Shown: piece by piece, positions 14,411-27,654 of the stretch
Numbering within the stretch: position 1 is the first letter of the stretch
Layout: each line of letters opens with the position of its first letter
Notes under the pieces: generated by a model
Seen by the model: only the letters and a program-made list of their open reading frames with translations
The model's database searches: none
Told to the model about the DNA's origin: nothing
Source: Gnetum montanum
Lineage: Eukaryota; Plantae; Gnetophyta
Assembly (NCBI GenBank): GCA_015680685.1
Contig: MNCI01001559.1
Location: 126,190 to 190,189, forward strand
Length of the DNA: 64,000 nt
Direction: 5' to 3'
Made by a program: the position numbers and the translations under genes

Positions 14411-15221
14411 TGATGAGTGGTGAGGTACCCCTACACTCAACCATACAAATATGAGCATCTCACGCGTGATCTGGTCGAACTCCAAGGACTAAGTGCTTAC
14501 GCGCCTTATGGAACACTTAAGGTTAATCAATCGATGTCTTTCCAAACTTACTTATATTGTCACGGTTGTATGGTTAAGTAAGTTTGAGGTATGTGATTTT
14601 TATATCTTTTCTCTTTTTATGTCTTTAGGCTAAGAGGGACAAATGAAGAGACTAAGTGACTAAATTTCATTAACTACTCATTAACTAAGTTCTAATTGTC
14701 CTAGCACCAGTATTCATTCCCACTTTCCGCACACACCCTGAACCAATGCAACGCTGCTGGGATTACCAAACGCTACTCGTTACTGGGTTACCAAGCCTTG
14801 CACACGTGCTCGAAGTGGTCGTACTGAATGCACTTAATTAGGAGAGTTGAGGGTTTAGAGAGATTTAATTAACTAGGAAAGTATTTAAACATTTAACAAT
14901 AATTAAATCCTAATTAGCTTAGTCCATGCACTACAAGGTTTATCAGAAAGTTCATCTTTATTGCCATACACAAATGTGTGCTCAGGTACAATTTGCTCGA
15001 ATAAAGATCCATTCACTTTAAGACTCCTACTACGGGCACATGGAAATTATTCTATCTCTGGAATGGTAAAACTACCAGAGTTTAGCTAAGGGTCTAGATC
15101 TAGATGAGTGAACAAGGGAAAGTCACCTCTTATTTATAGAATTGGCGATAGGTTGCGATATCGAATACACGATATCGCAGGGGCCGACACGATATCACGG
15201 ACACGATATCATGGCTCATCA
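14411..15221 (-). repeat. 3' LTR of copy 1
   Basis: Direct repeat of 27655-28454, TG...CA termini, adjacent PPT-like CAGTCATGGGGGTA on the minus strand. Confidence 0.93.
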
Positions 15222-18200
15222 TACCCCCATGACTGAATAAAAACTCATCCTTGAGTTCCTTACAAAATATTGGAAAGGTATGGGATTATTAACTTGAATG
15301 ACACTAATGGTAGATGGGGTGACATGTGAACAGATCATCATTACAATACATGACAAAACTAGTGTTCATGACAACAAGAGTGAACACTATACATATTTGA
15401 CATCCAACCATATTTGGTAGCTAAGAAAGAAGAGAGAAGAGAGAAAGAAAAGAAGAATTTTTTTGCTACTGATGCCAAGATTGTGCCTTTCGTTGTCCAT
15501 CCATAAGCACATCATCAATCTCATTCCTTGCATAACTGCTTCAACACCAGTCCATTCCAAGTGTTTCCTCCAGATCCAATCCGTTGTTGTATGATTACCA
15601 TCTACACACATAACACAGTTTGATATTAGCAAGGGTAAATGAATCACAATGCAGTTAATACCTTGCCTCAGTGTAAGGTCCATTGGCTGAGTTGTGATAT
15701 GCCTAATGCAGATCTGGAGATATAATATTGGTGGCTACCCAAGGTGTAGGGGTTATGATGAGTGGCAAGGTATCCCTACACTCAACCATACAAATACGAG
15801 CATAACACACACAATCCAGTCGAACTCCACAGACTAAGTGCCTACACGCCTCATGGAACACTTAAGGTTAATTATTCGTTGTCTTCCCAGACTTACTTGT
15901 ATTTGTCATGGTGTATGGTTAAGTAAGTCCGAGGTATATGATTTTTATGTCTTTTCAATTTATATCTCCTATGCTGATAAGATGAAAGGTACAGAGACTA
16001 ATTAACTAACTTTAACTAACTAACTAAGCCTTAATTAACCTAGCATCAACATCCGTTCCCACTTACCGTTCACACCCTGAACCTATGCAACCTTGGTTAC
16101 CAAACACTACTCGTTGCTGGGATCACCAAGCGTAATGCACGTGCTCGAAGCAGTCATACTGAGGCACTTAAGTAGGAGAGAAGGGTTGAGAAAGATTTAA
16201 TAACTAAAAAAGCATTTAAATGATAAACAATAAATAATAATGAATAAAATCCTAATTAGCCTATTCCATGCACTACAAGGTTTATCCAAGAAGTTCGTCT
16301 TTATTGCCGTACACAAACATGTGTTCAGGTACAATATTTGCTCGAATAAAGATCCGTTCACTTTGGAGCTCCTACTATGGGCACATGGAAAATATTCTAT
16401 CTCTGGAGAGGTAAAACTACCAAAGTTTTGCTAAGGGTCTAGATCTAGATGAGAAAATAAGGGAGAGCCGCCTCTTATTTATAGACTTGGCTGCACACTG
16501 CAATATCGCATACGCGATATCGCGGGGGACAACGCGATATCACGTACGCGATATTGCGTGGGATTCGATATCGTGGCCCATGTGATATCGCGTCCCATCA
16601 TACCCCCATGACTGAATAAAAACTCGTCCTCGAGTTCCTTACAAAATATTAGGAAGGTATGGGATTATTGACTCAAATGGAACTAATGGGATGACATGTG
16701 AATGGATCATCATTACAAGACATGACAAAACTGGTGTTCATGACAACAAGAGTGAACACCTTATTACATTTGACATCAGGCCTCATTTGGCAGCTGAGAA
16801 AGAGAGAGAAAGAAGTGTTGTTGCTGCCAACGCCAAGATTATTCCTTTCATTGTCCATCTGTAAGCATGCCCTCGATCTTGCTCCTTGCATAGCTGCTTC
16901 CAGCACTGCTCCATTCCAAGTGTTCCCTCCAAATCCAATCCATTGTTGTATAATTGCCATCTGCACACACAACACAATCTTATATTAGCAAGGGTAAATG
17001 AATTTCAATGTAGTTGATACCTTGCTTCGGTGAGAGGCCCATTGGTTGAGTTGTGGTATGGCTGATATGGATCAGGGGATATCATAGTGGTAACTACCGA
17101 AGGTGTAGGGGTTAGGAGAAAATCGAAAAAATTGGGCCCCGTACCCCCATGACTAATTGCGAACCCCCAGTAGCGATAGAATGGAGAAAGAATAAAGAAC
17201 AAGAAAGATGGAGAAAAAGAGACAACTATAACATCTATGGAATGGATGTCAAGATGGAAATGAACAAAATAAAATGGATTTCAAAAATGTTAAGGGAAAA
17301 AATTTAACTAATGCACCAAATAGGAATGCCAGTGGGTCCTCCCCAAAGCAGGCTCATGCCCTTAATGCCCTGACAAACCCACATTCAAAGAGTCTGTAGG
17401 CTTTCGGAATGTCAATTGGAACAAGAGTTAAAGTCTTAACCGTAAGAATTTACCAAAAAGAAAACAATGCATCAACCAAGATATACACTAATGATACAAC
17501 TGGCAATGAGGTGAACAATGGAGAGAAGGATGGAGAGAAGAGAATGGAATGGAATCCCAAGAACAAGGTGGTGTGCAGCCCCTTGTATGTTCATGATTAA
17601 TGTGACTTAGTAGATCCCATTTCAAGTCTAGCCTCAAACAAACCACTTCCAGTGACTTCGCATTAATGCATTCGGCCAATCCATCCCCTTGAAGTAACAA
17701 GAATGCCTTCCCCAAAGAGCCACCACCATTCCAACGAAACAAGGAGAAGAGAATGAAAAGTGAGAGGGGCCTTAGTTAGAGGGAACATTTTTATTTTGAG
17801 TTCCATAACCAGTGCTGGTAGCCCACGGAATTATTTTTTCTAAGGGGTGTGCTTTGATTTCTCACTGTTTTTTTTTTCTGCTTTTAAGTTTTATGTGTTT
17901 ATGCGTGAGAACCACACCATGTAAAGACTTTGTTATTTTTATTCGCTCAGCTTCCCGATAATTGCGTAACGTCAAAACGGTAAGAAAACTCAAGAAGAAA
18001 ACATCCAAGCACCCCAAACAATGGCCAACACAAATGCATCAAGTTCCCTAGAAGTCACACCCTTTTCAATCCTTGAGTCCTTCCTTAGTTTGAGAAATTC
18101 CCAGTCACCGATTCGTTAATAGTTCTTATTAGAAAGGGACTGTACATTTCCAAGCCGAGAGAGACCATAGAAACTTGTGGATGAATAGATGAAGTGAATT

Positions 18201-18389
18201 CATTGCCTGCTATATCAAAATAAACATACCTTAGTATCAACATCATGACTTAAAGGTAAAAACCAAACATTAGCAACCAATATAGAAATAGTTCATACCA
18301 TCATGAAGAACACTTATTGGGTGACAAACTTACAGGGTGGATAAGACACACACACACACACACACACAAATGCAAAAGTATAATGATGT

Positions 18390-18575
18390 TGTAAAACAAA
18401 AATAAGAAAAGTTTAAAAAATTTGTAAAACAAAAACGTGTAAAACAAAAGCATGTAGAACAAAAATGTGCAAAACAAAAAGGTGTAAAATGAAAATGTGT
18501 AAAACAAAAACTTAAAACAAAAATGTGTAAAACAAAAATGTGTAGAACAAAAACATGTAAGAAAAAACTTAAAAA
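18390..18575. repeat. Degenerate ~15-bp tandem array (aaaaatgtgtaaaac) preceded by a (CA)n microsatellite
   Basis: About 10 imperfect units in copy 2; only 2-3 units at the equivalent site of copy 1 (~24080-24120). Confidence 0.7.
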
Positions 18576-18629
18576 GAATTAGGGGCCCCAAATTATTAGA
18601 ATAGGTGGCCATCTCCCCCATGACTGAAT

Positions 18630-21600
18630 GGAAAGGGAGCAATCCGAAATAATGAGCGCCTGCTTGAATTTCGTAGAAGTGTCCAACTTCTCCCGATTGA
18701 TGTTCTTAGATTAAGGGGTGGAAGTTGGTGATGCTCATATTCCAATGTATCTATGCCTTTGTTATGGGCATGAGTTGTTCCCCCAGTTCGTTTCATGCAT
18801 ATTTGTCGGTTGCTCTTTCGACTAGCTATCAACCACAAGGTATCTACTACTTGTTGTGTGGTTGCTACATACAGGCATCTTTGTCTCAAAGTTTCTAGGG
18901 CACACATGTTACATGGAGGAGATGCAGAGCATTCCTCCATGTCATCACCCAATGACTCACTGTATGTGATGCACGGAACTGTCTTCTTCTTGATCTTTCC
19001 ATATCTGTTTACCTTAGATATTTCCAAGGAAAGATTGTGGATCCCTAGGCATGTGTCTATTGTGCTTAGCCATGCCCTTCCCATTATAATTGGGAAGTGC
19101 CCTTTGTCATTGTTAACTTCTATCACTAGGAAATCAGCTGGGTATGACCAACCACACACAGTGGTAATGATGTCCTGCACCAATCCCAAGGGAATGTAAT
19201 GGATTGGTCAGCCAGCTCTAGTTGAATGTTGCTCTTCTTAAGTTGGGGCAGGTTCTAGGCTTGATACATTTCTCGTGATATTAAGTTGACTCCAGAACCT
19301 GTGTCAAGAAGAGCCTTATGAGGTTCATTCCCGGTGACTTGGAGGTAGATTAAGGGACTTCTAGGATCAGATAGTTTCCTGGGAAGGTGGCCTACCTTGA
19401 TCTAGTCGGTTACGGTATGTGTTAACATAACCGTATGCGTTAAGTTCTGTTGTTGGACTGAAGGGAGCACCGAAGCCTTGTATGTTGGAGGAGTGATCAC
19501 AGACTCAACCGCTTGTGGTTGTGAGAGCTTGTCTAGGCTTTTGGTTCTAAAGAAAGGTCTTCTCTTTTTACGGTTGTCAGAACCAATAGCAGGTTGAATG
19601 TTTAAGGCTCTCATAGCATTGCATTGCTGTGGTTGAGTGGGGAGTTCCCCTTACATTGTTGGAGTAGGAGGTATGGGAACTACTGGTGGAAGAGGTGCGG
19701 ATGGATTAGGAGGATGGTATGGATATGGAGCATCTCCTAGAGGAGAAGGAGTCCTTCTAAAGTACTCCCGAACTTGGTAATGATGTTGGGGAGTTGTGTG
19801 ATCCATGGAGTCACTTGGAGAAATTGGCTGCTACACATAGTATCCATATGGGTCTCGCTGCTAGTAAGGGTATTGTTGTTTCGGTGGTGGCATCCCCCAT
19901 GACTGTGGGTATTGCCACTGCTGATGTTATCTGATGGGTTGTGGTGGAGTTCCACTTGGATAGTATGTCAATGGTTGGTGGAACTTTCTTGGGTTACCTT
20001 GAGGATAAGGTAACCTTCGGGGTGTCTGCCATCTGTTGAGTCTCAGGTTGAGTGCATGCACCCCAGACTCTTGTAGATGTGAGATGATTGGACAACATCC
20101 CTTAGGATGGTCATACTGGCAGATCTCACATCCACCATCATCGTCTGTGTCTGAATCAATAACCTCATCGGAGATAGTTATTTTCCCCTTACCCTTGTCA
20201 CATGCAGGGCCTAAATCTCTCTGCTTTTTCTTGTCCTTATCACTACTTCGTTCATCCTTAGACTCCTCTACAATCTTTAGGATAGTTTCAATTTTACTGT
20301 CTAAGGAGCTCCATACTTCATCTACCTTAGCCAATACTTCCATCGTTAACTTCTGAAGTGGTAAGGTTTTTCAGTTCACCAACTCTTCAAGTGGTGACTC
20401 ATCCTCTTCATCGCAAAATCTCACTTCCTTTTTTTGAAGAGAGGGATCACAATTATATTCTTCCGTATTTTCCCTTTTTCATAGCTCCCCTTCTTCTTTG
20501 GCTACTTGTTCCAACAATCTATGAATTTCATGGGATCTAAGTTCTGATAGTCTCCCTTGGGCATAAGTCCCAAGGGTTCTCCTAGTTTCATACCTTAGCC
20601 CATCTACGATGTGGTGTAGTTGGTCCTGTTGTGTGTAACCATGGCCCGCGCAACGATGTAACAATGTGTAGTAGCGGCCCATGGTAGCATCCAAGGGTTT
20701 ATGAGTACCTTGCTTCCATCCTTGCATCTTCTTACACAAATTAGACACTCTGGAGTACGTCTGATATTTATCGTTAAAGAGTTCTAACATCGTACTCCAC
20801 CTCCTAATGGTTTCTGGCTCTAAGGACCGGTACCAACTCCCTGCTTCCTTTATGAGTGTCCTGGGAAACAACTTTAATTTTTGCCACTTGTTTGCTATGT
20901 TTTGCAAGGCACAGGCATCATGGAATTCCTATAAATGATTTTGCAGATTCGCGTTGTATCCCCCTTCAAAGCATGAGATGTTATTCATGTCTAAGCGCTT
21001 GATCCGGCTATCTTTTTAATGCCTTGTTGGGATTCTCACAGCCTCCATTATATTTAGCATGCTTCGGGTGGCAAGTAGGGGTTCATCATGATCATATCTT
21101 TCATGATATCTATGATGTATGCGTTGTTCCCTATTTTCCCTTTGTTCATGCCTTGATTCTCTTGACTGCCCTCGTCCTCTCTCTCGACTCTCTCGTCGAG
21201 GTCTCTCATTTCTCTTACCTTTCTCCTCTCCTTTATGCTCTCTATGATTACACCCTGATGTGGAAGGAGAGGGTGAATGATGTGATGAAGGTGAAGAAGA
21301 AGGAGAATCATCGCCATGATGATGTTTCTTACATTCTCTTCTGTGGCTTTGGCCCCGATCGTGATGACGATCTGAGTGCCCGTCCTTGTCATTTGTTGTT
21401 GTTCCCTCAGTGAATAGCTAGTGTTCACGGGGATCAGAACTAGGGTTGTGTATCGTGGAGCATAGGTTCTGATACCCCACCTCCTCACTTTTGTTAGGAG
21501 GAGGAACATCTTTCGATAGAGAACCCGTTATAAGTGGTTCACCATCTCCAATTTCACTTAGGATGTGCGGGACCTCTTTGCCCTTCAACAATGTATGTTG

Positions 21601-21966
21601 GCTCTCCTGCCTTGAGTCCATCATACATTGTGCGGCTGTAGGATAGTAATCCCTTGTGTCAAAATCACCTATAACGTATTCAGCATAGAGCTGAGTCATG
21701 CCAATCTGTGCCAAAGCACGAAGGAGCCTGTTGGGGACTGCATGATCTAGAGGTAACACTATGTTACCTTGCAAGTCTCTCCAGCACATCTGTTCATCCT
21801 GATGGAGGATAAAAGTAAAATTAGGTATATACTCATTGGGATGAGTATATGTCACCCTATATTGCTGAGGAACTGGTTGATTTTGGTTATGTGTTTTAGA
21901 TTGCCGATTGTTTTTAGTATGATCCCTAAGTGGTGTAATGCTCTTGTGAGAAGAATAATAAGACAT
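18630..21966 (-). pseudogene. Decayed gag-protease polyprotein of copy 2
   Basis: LKLFPRTLIKEAGSWYRSL, CEICQYDHPKGCCP, catalytic HKALLDTGSGVNLI at ~19280-19320, FPIIMGRAWL. Collinear with 24191-27510. Confidence 0.88.
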
Positions 21967-24190
21967 TATGTCTTATCGGTGTGCTATTTAACCATTATAT
22001 AATTTTTCATTTAATTAACCCTAAGGTTCGTTTAAGCTCCCAACGAAGTGAGTAATTTCCTATGTTCTACTTAGCGCACAAACACTTAGTCCTCGGCAAC
22101 GGCGCTAATGATGAGTGGTGAGGTACCCCTACACTCAATCATACGAATACGAGCGTAACATGCGCGATTCGGTCTAACTCCGTAGACTAAGTGCCTACAT
22201 GCCTCATGGAACACTTAAGGTTAATTATTCATTGTCTTCCCAGACTTACTTGTATTTGTCACGGTGTATGGTTAAGTAAGTCTGAGGTATATGATTTTTA
22301 TGTCTTTTCAGTTTATATCTCCTATGCTGATAAGATGAAAGGTATAGAGACTAATTAACTAACTTTAACTAACTAACTAAGCCTTAATTAACCTAGCATC
22401 AACATCCGTTCCCACTTACCATTCACACCCTGAACCTATGCAACCTTGGTTACCAAACGCTAATCGTTGCTGGGATCACCAAGCGTAACGCACGTGCTTG
22501 AAGCGGTCGTACTAAGGCACCTAACTAGGAGAGAAGGGTTGAGAAAGATTTAATTCCTAATAAAGCATTTAAANCATGCGTTTAGGTACAATATTTGCTC
22601 GAATAAAGATCCATTCACTTTAGAGCTCCTACTGTGGGCACATGGAAAATATTCTATCTCTAGAGAGGTAAAACTGCTAGAGTTTCGCTAAGGGTCTAGA
22701 TCTAGATGAGAAAACAAGGGAGAGCCACCTCTTATTTATAGACTTGGCGATGCACCATGATATCGCGGCCCATGCAATATCACGTCCCATTAGGTTAGGA
22801 GAAAATCAAAAAAAATTGGACCAGGACCCCCATGACTGAGAGCAAACCTCTGGTAGCGAGAGAATGGAAAAAGATAAGGAATAAGAATGATGGAGAAAAG
22901 AAACAACGGCAACGCCGATAAAATGGATGTCAAAGATGGAGATGAACAAAATAAATGTTGATTGCAAAAAATGTTTAGGGGAAAGAAATTAATGAATGCA
23001 CCAAATAGGAATGCTAGTGGGTCCTCCCCAAAGTAGGCTCATGCCCTTAATGCCCTGACAATCCCACATTCAAAGAGTTCGTAGGCTCTAGAAATGTCAT
23101 TTGGAAACAAGAGTTAAATTCTTAACCACAAGAGTTTACCAACATGAGAACAATGCATCAACCAAAATATGGACTATTGATACAACCGGTAATGAGGTGA
23201 AAATGGAGAAAGAAAGATGGTAAGAAGAGAATGGAATGGAGTCTCAGGAACAAGGTGGTGTACAACCCCTTGTGTGTTAGTGGTTAATGTGACTTAGTAG
23301 ATCTCATTCCAAATCTAGCCTCAAACAAACCTCATCTAGTGACTTTGCATTAATACATTTGGCCAATCCATCCACTTGAAGTAACAAGAATGTCTCCACC
23401 AAAGAGTCACCCCCATTCAGATGAAACGAGAAATGAGAAAGTAGGAAGCGAGGAAGGGCCTTAGTTAGAGGGAACATTTTTATTTAGTTCCATAACTAGT
23501 GCTTGTAGCCCAGATGATTATTTCGTCTAAGGGATGTGCTTTGAATTCCCACTATTTTTTTTTTTTTGTGTTTTGCATGAGAACCACACCATGCAAAGAC
23601 TTATTATTTTTATTAGCTTAGCTTCCTAATAATGGAGCAGCGTTGGAATGGTATAGGAGACCCAAGAAGGAAACATCCAAGCACTCAAGAGAATGGCCAA
23701 CACAAATGCATCAAGTTCTCTTGAAGTCACACCCTTTTCAGTCTTTGAGTCCTTCCTTAGTTTGAGAAATGCCCAGTCACTGATTCGTTGATAGTTCTTA
23801 TTGTTTAAAGAAGAGGATTGTATAGTTTCAAGCCAAAAGAGACCATAGAAATTCATGGATGTATGGATGACATGGACTCATTGCCTGCTATATCAAAAGA
23901 ACCATACCTTAGGATCAACATCATAACTTAAAGGTAAAAACCAAACATTAGCAATCAATGGAATACACTTCATACCACCATCAGGAGCACTTATTAAGTG
24001 ATAAACTTAACAAAAACAAATAAATAAACACACAAATAAACGAAGAAGTATGAAAAATGTTGCAAAAAAAAAAGTTAAAGAAATTTGTAAAACGAAAATG
24101 TGTAAAATAAAAACTTAAAAAGGAACTGAGGGCTGTGATTGATCAGCATAGGTGGCCATCTCCCCCATGACTGAATTGAAAGGGAGAGAT

Positions 24191-27100
24191 TCAAAATAGT
24201 GAGCACTTGTTTGAATTTTTTAGAAGTGTCCAACTTCTCCCAATTGATGTTTTCAGGTTAAGGGTTGGAAGTTGGTGACGCTCTTGCTCCAGTGTATCTA
24301 TGCTTTCGACGTGAGTGCAAGTTGTTCCCCCAGTTAGTTCCATGCATATTGGTGAGTTGCTCTCTTGATTAGCTATCAACCACTGGGTGTTTTCTTGTTT
24401 TGTGGTTACTACATACAGGCACCTTTGTATGTTAACCTCTGGTGCACACCGGTTGCATGAAGGCAATGCTAAACATTCCTATACGCAATCACACCCTGTA
24501 TCACTATATGTGATGCATGGAACTTTCTTCTTCTCAATCTTCCCACAAGTGTTTTCCTTAAATATTTCCAGGAAAAGATTGCGAATTCCTAGGCATGCAT
24601 TCACGGTACTTAGCCATGCCCTTTCCATTATTATTGGGAAGTCCCCTTTGTCATTGTTGACTTGTATCACTAGGAAATCAATTAGGTATGACCAACCACA
24701 CACAGTGGTAACGATGTCCTCCATTAGTCCCAAGGGAATAGTGATGGACTGGTCAACCAACTCTAAGCGAATATTGCTCTTCTTTAGTGGAGCCAGGTTC
24801 CCGGCTTTATACATTTCTTGCGATATCAAGTTAACTCCAAAACCTTAGTCCAAAAGAGCTTTACAAGGTTCATTCCCAGTGACTTGGAGATAGATTAGAG
24901 GACTTCTAGGATTAGAGAATTTCCTGGGAAGGTGGACGATCTTAATCTAGTCAGTAATGACATGTATTAACATAACCATGTGTGTTAAGCTCAATTTTTG
25001 GGTTGAAAGAGGTCCCAAAACTTTATTTGGTATGGAGGTGTTTAGATGTTCAACCACTTGTGATGGTGAGGGCCTAGTTGGATTGTTGGTTTTGAAGAAA
25101 GGTCTTTTCAGCATAAGATTGTCAGAAACAACTATGATTTGAGGATTCAAAGCCCTCATGACATTGGGTTGTTGCGGTTGAGTGGGGAATACCCCTTGCA
25201 TTGTTGGAACGGGTGGTAGTGAAGCTATTGGTGTAAGAGTTGAGGGTGGATTTGGAGGATGGTATGCATGTGGTGTGTCTCTCCAAGGAGAAGGAGTCCT
25301 ATAGTACTCCCAAGCTTGGTAGTGACGTTGTGGGGTCGTGTGACCAATAAAGTCACTTGGAGAGATTGGCTGCTGCACGTAGTAGCCATATGGATCCGGT
25401 TGCCAGTAAGGGTATTGTTGCCTTGGCGGTGGCATCCCCCATGACTGTGGGTATTGCCACTACTGGTGTTGCTCGATAGGTTGTGGTGGAGTTCCACTTG
25501 GATAATACGTTAAGGGTTGGTGAAACTACCTTGGGTTACCTTGAGGATAAGGTAACCATCGAGGTGCTTGCCGTTTGTTAAGTCGTGGGTTAAGTGCATA
25601 CACCCCAGACTCTTGCAGATGTGAGATTATTAGGCAACATCCCTTAGGATGGTCATACTGGCATATCTCACATCCACTATCATTGTCTGTATCAAAATCC
25701 ACAACCTCTTTATTGATGATCATTCTACCCTTACCTTTGTTACATGCATGGTCCAAAATCCCTCATTTTCTTTCTATCATGGTCACTACTTTGCTCCTTA
25801 GACTCCTCTACAATTTTTAGAACGGTTTCAAATCTACTATCTAAGGAGTCCCACATTTGATCTACCTTTGCTGACACTTCTATTGTTAATTTTTGAAGCG
25901 GCAAGGTTTTCTTATTCACCATCTCTTTGAGTGGTGACTCATCCTCCTCCTCACAGAATCTTACTCCCCTTTTTCAGAGGGAAGGATCGTGGTTGTACTC
26001 TTCCGTGCTTTCTCTCTTATGTAGCTCTCCTTCTTCCTTAGCTACTTGCTCCAACAATCTATGGATCTGATGGGACATGAGCTCAAATAATCTCTCTTAG
26101 GCATATGTTCCAAGGGTTCTCCTAGTTTCATGCCTAAGTCCATCTATGAGATGGCGTAGTTGATCCTGCTGGGAGTAACCATGGCCTAGGCAACGATGTA
26201 ACAGTGTATAACAATGACCCATGGCAGCATCCAAGGATTCATGAGTTCCCTGCTTCCATCCTTAGATTTGCTTTCGCAGGTTGGACACCCGGGAGTACGT
26301 TTGATACTTATCGTTAAACAATTCTAGCATCGTACTCCACCTTTGAATGGATTCCAGTTCTAAGGACCAGTACCAGCTTTTCGCTTCTTTTACTAGTGTC
26401 CTTGGGAACAACTTTAATTTTTGCCACTCATTCTCAATATTCTGCAAGGCACATGCATCGTGAAATGCCTGTAAATGGTTTTGAGGATCAACGTTGTATC
26501 CCCCCTCAAATTGTGGGATGTTATTCATGTCTAATCTCTTAATCTTGTTATCTTTCTGGTGCCTTGTAGGAATTCTAATGACCTCCGTAATGTCTAACAT
26601 GCTTTGGGTTGCAAGCAGGGGTTCTTCGTGGTCATTTCTCTCATAGCATCTATGATGTCTATGCGGTTCCCTACTTTCCCTTCTTCCATGCCTTGATTCT
26701 CTAGAGTGCCCTCATCCTCACTCTCAACTCTCTCATCGAGGTCTCTTGTTTTGCTTACCCTTATCCTCACAGTTATGTTCCTTATGATTGCGTCCTGATG
26801 TTGAAGGAGAGGGTGAATGTGACGATGAAGGTGGAGAAGAAGAACCATTGCCATGACGATGTTTCCTACCCTCTCTTTGGTGGTCTCGACCTCGATTGTG
26901 ATGATGATCAGAATGCTCGCCCTTATCATGTGTTTGTGTTCCCTCGTTGAACACTTGGTGTTCATGGGGATCAGAACCAGGGTTGTGAATCGTGGAGCGC
27001 AGGTTCTGATACACCACCTCCTAACCATCATTAGGAGAGGGAACATCGTTTTGTGGAGAACTTATGAAAACAGGTTCACCACCCTCAATTTCATTTAAGA

Positions 27101-27510
27101 TGGGTGAAGCATTACAGGGGCCTTTGCCCTTCAAAGATGCGTGGTAACTCTCCTGCCGCAAGTCCCGTTGACGTTGCACTTCTATGGGATGATAGTCCCT
27201 TGCGTTGTAATCACATGCAACATACTCAACATATAATTGTGACATGCGTATTCGTGCAAGGGCACGAAGGAGCATGTTGGGGGCTGCTCTATCTGGAGGC
27301 ACCACTATGTTACCCTCCAAGTCTCTCCAACACAATTGTTCATCTTGATGGAAGACAAAGGTAAAGTCAGGTATATATTCATCGTGATGAATATATACCA
27401 CACTAAACTATTGAGGAACTGGCGGATTTTGGTTATGTGTGTTGTGCCGCCGACTATCTCTAGTGTTGGTCCTAGGCGGTGAAGTGCTTTTGTTCGAAGA
27501 AGAAGACATT
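24191..27510 (-). pseudogene. Decayed gag-protease polyprotein of copy 1
   Basis: FEGGYNVDPQNHLQAFHDAC, LKLFPRTL..EAKSWY.SL, zinc knuckle CEICQYDHPKGCC, protease KALLD*GFGVNL and PIIMERAWL. Many stops are CGA>TGA or CAG>TAG. The start is approximate. Confidence 0.85.
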
Positions 27511-27635
27511 TTAGTCTTGTTCGGTGTGCTATTTATCGTTATGTTATTTTTCTCTTGATTAACCCTAAGGGTTCGTTCTAACTCTCAACGATGTGAATGA
27601 TTTCCTATGTTCTACGTAGCGCACAAACAACTAAG

Positions 27636-27653
27636 TCCCCGGCAACGGCGCCA
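27636..27653 (-). promoter_or_regulatory. Primer binding site TGGCGCCGTTGCCGGGGA (tRNA-Asp, Athila-type)
   Basis: 18-mer 1 nt inside the 5' LTR. A degenerate equivalent lies at 22090-22107 in copy 2. Confidence 0.9.
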
Positions 27654-27654
27654 A

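Larger units (their letters stand above)
15756..22792 (-). mobile_element. Non-autonomous Athila-like LTR retrotransposon, copy 2, nested in copy 1
   Basis: LTRs at 22109-22792 (5', N at 22574) and 15756-16600 (3'). TSD GGTTA at 15751-15755 and 22793-22797. The uninterrupted equivalent site is visible at 17101-17125. PBS at 22090-22107. Confidence 0.93.

Noticed and set aside
18301-18642. Phe-rich 113-aa ORF as an env-like membrane protein
   Set aside because: It is the translation of the 15-bp tandem array and CA repeat, and is not conserved in copy 1.
22574-22574. Apparent ~100-bp deletion in LTR 22109-22792 (and ~300 bp at 11632)
   Set aside because: Both coincide with single Ns, so they are probably collapsed assembly gaps.
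15224-25447. CRISPR-like array from the recurring 12-mer
   Set aside because: Spacing is 0.5-3 kb and irregular, the context is a eukaryotic retroelement, and there are no cas genes.
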